A stretch of DNA of 64,000 nt, taken from the NCBI GenBank assembly GCA_009783265.1, contig WRHM01000006.1:61232-125231 (forward strand), written 5' to 3'. The translations under genes were made by a program, and so were the position numbers. A model generated the notes under the pieces. That model had not been told where the DNA came from, searched no databases, and was given only the letters and a program-made list of their open reading frames with translations. Source of the DNA: Oscillospiraceae bacterium (GTDB lineage Bacteria > Bacillota > Clostridia > Oscillospirales > WRJC01). Of this stretch, positions 59,551 to 64,000 are shown one piece after another (within the stretch, counting starts at the first letter, position 1; the number at the start of each line of letters is the position of its first letter).

Positions 59551-60459
59551 ATGTCAGATATAAAACAACAAATCGAATCGAACAAATACGGCATAAAAAT
59601 AGCTGTTATCCCTGTAGAATTACTCAAAGATATAAAATCAGATATTGTAAAATTACGGGAAAGCGAAGAACTGAACGGGTTTCAGCAATGGATTATGAAC
59701 GACGCGTATGTTCTCGAATTGCCCGACCCTGAACCGGATTTTACGGCAAAATCTATTGTAATCGCAATTTCTCCTCGCAATATGGTTCGGGGTATTTTTA
59801 ATTATAAAAACAAAAAAGCAGAGCATATATTTGATATGTCTCAGGACGGCGTAAATGATTTTATCCACGGCGTATTTAATTCAAACGGATATAAATTGCA
59901 ATCTATTGACTGGTTTCCGCAAAAAAGGCTTGCGGTCAGGAGCGGGCTTGCGGAATACGGCAGAAATAATATAGTATATGCCGACGGAATGGGAAGTTTT
60001 TTAGCGTTGGATACATATAAATCCGATATGCCATGCGATGAAAAATACACATGGCGCGAAGTAAAAAATATGGACTTATGTGACGGCTGTAATTTATGTA
60101 TAGAAAACTGCCCGACAAAAGCGATTTTACCCGATAGATTTTTAATCGACAACGTAAAATGCCTGACTGCTGTAAATGAAAACGGAACTGAGCCGTTTCC
60201 CGATTGGATTCCCAAAACCGCCCATCACAGAATAGTCGGCTGTTTCAGATGTCAGGATATATGCCCGAAAAATCAGGAAATCTTAAATAATATAACCGAA
60301 ACGTTAGAATTTTCAGAAGAAGAAACAAATTTATTATTGTCCGGGACGCCAATAGAAAACCTGCCGCAAATGCTTAAAGATAAAGCGTATAAATATAATA
60401 TAAGCGGGCATTACGAAAGCACGCCGAGAAATTTGTCTGCAATGCTTGAAAATATTTGA
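59551..60459 (+). CDS. QueG-like 4Fe-4S protein
   Basis: KRLAVRSGLAEYGRNN..GSF, CDGCNLCIENCPT, GCFRCQDICP; start moved to ATG 59551 after AAGGAG. Confidence 0.75.
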   Translation: MSDIKQQIESNKYGIKIAVIPVELLKDIKSDIVKLRESEELNGFQQWIMNDAYVLELPDPEPDFTAKSIVIAISPRNMVRGIFNYKNKKAEHIFDMSQDGVNDFIHGVFNSNGYKLQSIDWFPQKRLAVRSGLAEYGRNNIVYADGMGSFLALDTYKSDMPCDEKYTWREVKNMDLCDGCNLCIENCPTKAILPDRFLIDNVKCLTAVNENGTEPFPDWIPKTAHHRIVGCFRCQDICPKNQEILNNITETLEFSEEETNLLLSGTPIENLPQMLKDKAYKYNISGHYESTPRNLSAMLENI

Positions 60460-60469
60460 ATAATTTTGT

Positions 60470-60496
60470 GTAGGACACGGATTTATCCGTGTCCTA
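60470..60496 (+). repeat. REP-like palindrome
   Basis: G-TAGGACACGGA-ttta-TCCGTGTCCTA. Confidence 0.6.
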
Positions 60497-60530
60497 TGCT
60501 TGATATATAATAATGCCACAAAAATTAAAC

Positions 60531-60559
60531 TTGACAATTATAAAAATCCGGTGTATAAT
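60531..60559 (+). promoter_or_regulatory. sigmaA promoter of tRNA-Gln
   Basis: TTGACA-17-TATAAT. Confidence 0.8.
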
Positions 60560-60583
60560 ACATAATAATATTTAGAATTTTAT

Positions 60584-60659
60584 TGGGATGTCGCCAAGTC
60601 GGTAAGGCACAGGACTTTGACTCCTGCATGCGCTGGTTCGAGTCCAGCCATCCCAGCCA
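60584..60659 (+). tRNA. tRNA-Gln (anticodon TTG)
   Basis: TGGGATG..CATCCCAGCCA, anticodon arm CAGGA-CTTTGAC-TCCTG, GGTTCGAGTCC, 76 nt with CCA. Confidence 0.97.
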
Positions 60660-60726
60660 TGAAAACTCCCATTCTATCATAGATTCGGGAGTTTTGCATT
60701 TCTTGACAATACCCCAAAAACACCGC

Positions 60727-60749
60727 TTGCTAATAAATTTGCTAATAAA
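60727..60749. repeat. Tandem 11-mer, integrase arm-type-site-like
   Basis: TTGCTAATAAA at 60727-60737 and 60739-60749. Confidence 0.55.
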
Positions 60750-60772
60750 CTTATTTTTTGCTTGAATAAATC

Positions 60773-60883
60773 TTATGCTTTTCTGACGGCGTTTTGTATG
60801 CCGTCGAGCATATTTATTTTACGCGATGCTTCTATGCGCGCGTATATATTCATCGTCGTGTCTATATCGCCGTGACTCAGGAA
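60773..60883 (-). pseudogene. Tyrosine integrase C-terminal remnant
   Basis: Own translation FLSHGDIDTTMNIYARIEASRKINMLDGIQNAVRKA*, matching the LGHxxxxTTxxY box II; in-frame stop immediately upstream. Confidence 0.75.
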
Positions 60884-61121
60884 TCATTGTGTTCATATTC
60901 GCTTGAATAGACGACGCTTCCATAGTTTCACGACTCATATAAATCGGCTTAACAGTAAGCCGTACAGTTTCATTCTGCGGCAATCGTTTACGAAGCAATG
61001 CCCGTAGTGTCACCAGAAACGAGCTGTCGGGTGCACCTAAAGAGTTTATGTTTGAAAATAATCTGTCAGCCGCTTCCGATGTTAATGTTGTTGAAAATGA
61101 CAGGATACTTTTATTGAACAT
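60819..61121 (-). pseudogene. N-terminal fragment of an element-borne protein, 3'-deleted
   Basis: Strong RBS GGAAGGAGG; the last ~20 codons are an out-of-frame read of the integrase remnant. Confidence 0.6.
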
Positions 61122-61192
61122 GGCTCAATCCCTCCTTCCCGATAATATTACAGGGCAGCGTATATATTTACGCCGCCCCGTTAAGCCGCCGT

Positions 61193-61423
61193 TCATTTCG
61201 CGTTATCCGCCTTAATTACGTTTAAAAGATAGCATTTTTCGGTAATTCCAAAATCCGCGAAAGTCCTCTCTAAATCGCCGGGTTCAAGGGTTGAACCGTC
61301 GAGGTTCATCATCCCGATGGTATAATCTATTCCCGCATTTTCCAACGCTTCGCGCAGCGTCGTGTTTTCGTCCAAAATCTCGCTGGACCGCTTGACATTA
61401 TTTCCGATTGTTACTTTTATCAT
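61193..61423 (-). CDS. Ubiquitin-like (beta-grasp) protein, 76 aa
   Basis: GGGAGG RBS; MIKVTI..ENTTLREALE..LDGSTLEPGDLERTFADFGI..CYLLNVIK parallels the ubiquitin pattern. Confidence 0.7.
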   Translation of the reverse strand: MIKVTIGNNVKRSSEILDENTTLREALENAGIDYTIGMMNLDGSTLEPGDLERTFADFGITEKCYLLNVIKADNAK

Positions 61424-61515
61424 TGACTTTTTCCTCCCGTTATGGTAAAATTATTTTGTTAAAACAGTTGAGGAGACCGCACGCACGCGGTTCCCTCAGT
61501 TGGTTGATTATCAGC

Positions 61516-61617
61516 CTATATGCTGACGATGATTTTTTCGGCGATTGCGTCGCGGTCGGCTTTGATTTCGTCCAACGCAGCGGCGATGCCTTTTTCGATT
61601 TTTCCGAGATTAACCAA
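61516..61617 (-). pseudogene. C-terminal remnant of the upstream element gene
   Basis: Own translation LVNLGKIEKGIAAALDEIKADRDAIAEKIIVSI*, no RBS. Confidence 0.55.
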
Positions 61618-61851
61618 TCGGGGATATTTGTCGCAATAGGCGTTGCAGGGAGCAGCGAACTGGCACGAAAAATGGGAGTTGAAATCAACGGAAATACGAT
61701 CGTCGTTGACAGTCGAATGGCAACCAACATACCCGGACTTTATGCCGTCGGGGACTGTACGGGCGGTATGCTCCAGATTGCGAAATCGGTTTATCAGGGA
61801 GCTGTCGCAGGCACGGAAGTAATTAAGTATATCAAAAAAATTTCAAAGTAA
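61618..61851 (+). pseudogene. C-terminal fragment of a thioredoxin-reductase-like oxidoreductase
   Basis: GIFVAIG..TNIPGLYAVGDCTGG..QIAKSVYQGAVAG; N-terminal FAD/NADPH regions missing. Confidence 0.8.
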
Positions 61852-61877
61852 AAACTCGAAAACTTGGAGGATTAGCC

Positions 61878-64000
61878 ATGAGTAAAATTTTAATAATCGG
61901 CGGAGTAGCGGGAGGAGCGACGGCTGCCGCCCGTCTGCGCAGACTGGACGAACACGCGGAAATCATCATGTTTGAACGGGGAGAATATATCTCTTTCGCA
62001 AACTGCGGCTTGCCGTATTATATCGGCGGTGAAATCAAAGATAAAGAAGATTTGACGTTACAAACGCCGGGAAGTTTTCATAAGCGTTTTAATGTTGACG
62101 TAAGAATACAAAGCGAAGTGTTCTCTATTGACCGCGAGGCAAAAAAAGTTTCGGTGAAAAATTTGCAAACAGGAGAATCTTATGAAGAAAGCTATGATAA
62201 ATTAATCTTGTCGCCGGGCGCGGCTCCTTTTGTTCCGAATATTGACGGAGCGGATAACGCCAAAGTTTTTACATTACGTAACATTCCTGATACCTATAAA
62301 ATAAAAGACTTTATAGATAACAACTCCCCCGAAAGTGCCGTTATAGTCGGCGGAGGATTTATTGGGATTGAAATGGCGGAGAACCTGAAAAACGCAGGAC
62401 TTGACGTTACTCTCGTTGAAATGGCGGATCAGGTTATCGCGCCCATTGATTACGATATGGCTTGCGATGTACATAGACACATTGAACAAAAAGGCGTAAA
62501 ATTGATACTCAAAGACGCGGTTAAAAGCATCTCAGATATAAACAACGGAAGTCTTAGCGTCAAGCTGAGCAGCAGCGAAATCATTGCGGATATGCTGATT
62601 ATGGCTGTAGGAGTTAAACCTGAAAGTCAACTCGCAAAAAACGCGGGATTAGATGTGAACGAACGCGGCGGAATTATCGTAAACGAATCTATGCAAACTT
62701 CCGACCCGAATATATACGCCGTGGGAGACGCTGTGGAAACGACCGATTTTGTCACGGGGCAAGCCGCTATGATTCCGTTAGCCGGACCAGCCAATAAGCA
62801 GGGACGGATTGCGGCTGATAATATCTGCGGTTTGAACTCAAAATATACGGGTACTCAAGGCTCGTCTATCCTGAAAGTGTTTGACATGACCGTCGCGTCA
62901 ACCGGTATAAATGAAAAAACGGCAAAGAAACTGGGGCTTATGTATGATAAATCGTTTACTTATTCGGCAAGCCACGCGAATTATTACCCCGGCGCCGTCA
63001 ATATGTCGGTCAAGACTATATTTGAAAAGGAAACAGGTAAAATTCTCGGGGTGCAAATCACAGGCTTCGACGGCGTGGACAAGCGTTGCGACGTACTTGC
63101 AACGGCAATCCGGGCGGGTATGACGGCTTATGATTTGACAAAACTTGAATTATGCTACGCGCCGCCGTATTCGTCGGCGAAAGACCCGGTGAACATGGCT
63201 GGATATGTGATAGAAAATCTCATAACGGGCAAAGTTAAAAACTTTCATTGGCATGACGTTGACGGTTTACCCCGCGACGGCAACGTTACTTTGCTTGATA
63301 CCCGTTCCGTAATCGAATACGAGAACGGACATATAGACGGATTTATAAATATTCCGCTTGACGAACTGCGAGGGAGGCTTGCGGAACTTGACAAAAATAA
63401 AAAAATATATGTTACCTGTCAGGTGGGTTTACGCGGTTATATTGCCGCCCGCATTTTGACACAGAACGGGTTTGATGCATATAATCTAAGCGGCGGGTAC
63501 AGGCTTTACAATTCTATCTTTTCCATCTTTGGAAAGAAAACGCCGCCGGATACAATCGGGGTTAAGCCTGTCAAAATAAATCCTGAAACGCAGTTAATAA
63601 AATCAGAAGAGGAAAACGCCGCGGCAAATATAAATATTGACGCTTGCGGACTGCAATGTCCCGGACCTATCGTGAAACTGTCGTCCGCGCTAAATCAGGC
63701 GCGGGACGGCGATATTATTGAAATATCAACCACCGACCCCGCTTTTGCCAGCGATATAGAAGGTTTTTGCCGCAGAACGGGAAATGAGTTTTTAGGAATG
63801 ACAGGCGATAAAGGTATTTCAACGGCAAAAATAAAAAAAGCAAAACACACAGAAAGCGTAGGCAATGTTTCCGGCGGAAACGGCAAAAACTTTATTGTCT
63901 TTTCAGGCGATCTTGACAAAGCGATTGCTTCTTTTATTATGGCGAACGCGGCGGCTGCAATGGGAAGAAAAGTCAGCATGTTCTTCACTTTCTGGGGGCT
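61878..64000 (+). CDS. CoA-disulfide reductase-rhodanese-TusA-DsrE multidomain protein, runs off the window (absent from ORF track)
   Basis: GGAGG RBS; GGVAGG..SFANCGLPY, GGGFIG.EMAE, YAPPYSS, rhodanese CQVGLRG, DACGLQCPGP, FSGDLDKA..FFTFWG. Confidence 0.9.
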   Translation, partial: MSKILIIGGVAGGATAAARLRRLDEHAEIIMFERGEYISFANCGLPYYIGGEIKDKEDLTLQTPGSFHKRFNVDVRIQSEVFSIDREAKKVSVKNLQTGESYEESYDKLILSPGAAPFVPNIDGADNAKVFTLRNIPDTYKIKDFIDNNSPESAVIVGGGFIGIEMAENLKNAGLDVTLVEMADQVIAPIDYDMACDVHRHIEQKGVKLILKDAVKSISDINNGSLSVKLSSSEIIADMLIMAVGVKPESQLAKNAGLDVNERGGIIVNESMQTSDPNIYAVGDAVETTDFVTGQAAMIPLAGPANKQGRIAADNICGLNSKYTGTQGSSILKVFDMTVASTGINEKTAKKLGLMYDKSFTYSASHANYYPGAVNMSVKTIFEKETGKILGVQITGFDGVDKRCDVLATAIRAGMTAYDLTKLELCYAPPYSSAKDPVNMAGYVIENLITGKVKNFHWHDVDGLPRDGNVTLLDTRSVIEYENGHIDGFINIPLDELRGRLAELDKNKKIYVTCQVGLRGYIAARILTQNGFDAYNLSGGYRLYNSIFSIFGKKTPPDTIGVKPVKINPETQLIKSEEENAAANINIDACGLQCPGPIVKLSSALNQARDGDIIEISTTDPAFASDIEGFCRRTGNEFLGMTGDKGISTAKIKKAKHTESVGNVSGGNGKNFIVFSGDLDKAIASFIMANAAAAMGRKVSMFFTFWG

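Larger units (their letters stand above)
60660..61617. mobile_element. Decayed prophage/integrative element relic at the tRNA-Gln 3' end
   Basis: Arm-site-like repeat TTGCTAATAAA x2, integrase C-terminal fragment facing the tRNA, minus-strand gene fragments. Confidence 0.7.

Noticed and set aside
60583-60765. 60-aa ORF
   Set aside because: It overlaps tRNA-Gln and its downstream hairpin.
61193-61423. Ubl as a ThiS/MoaD sulfur carrier for the adjacent redox genes
   Set aside because: No C-terminal GG, opposite strand, and separated from those genes by a deletion junction.
61408-61851. 147-aa ORF as a genuine protein
   Set aside because: The first half is antisense to element DNA; only the part after ~61618 is TrxB-like.

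Overview
Low-GC chromosomal DNA from a spore-forming Firmicute; gene content and order (rseP-ispG-polC, gerA operon, sortase-type anchor) suggest Clostridia, possibly Oscillospiraceae-like (inference). Most of the window is housekeeping or metabolic: rseP, ispG, polC, pentose genes, aroB/aroA/aroC, a germinant-receptor operon, ilvE, GH38 mannosidase, sulfatase, an ECF-type Ni/Co transporter, an ABC-F, pyrB, apt, an NCS2 permease, two ECF sigma factors, a divergent uvrA operon, tRNA-Leu(TAG) and tRNA-Gln(TTG). Six features are not explained by the ORF track. (1) About eleven G(T/C)AG-headed REP-like hairpins, two of them translated in frame inside aroC and nikM/cbiM. (2) A complete type I toxin-antitoxin-like cassette splitting the Ni/Co transporter operon. 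(3) A divergent pair of Arc-like paralogs around a shared operator region. (4) A leader-peptide/terminator attenuator ahead of the ABC-F. (5) An ECF sigma fused to a zinc anti-sigma that keeps an internal ribosome-binding site. (6) A ~1 kb, doubly deleted integrative-element relic at tRNA-Gln whose only intact gene is a ubiquitin-like protein lacking a C-terminal glycine. No CRISPR array or rRNA was seen. All family calls come from motif recognition by eye; no database search was run.
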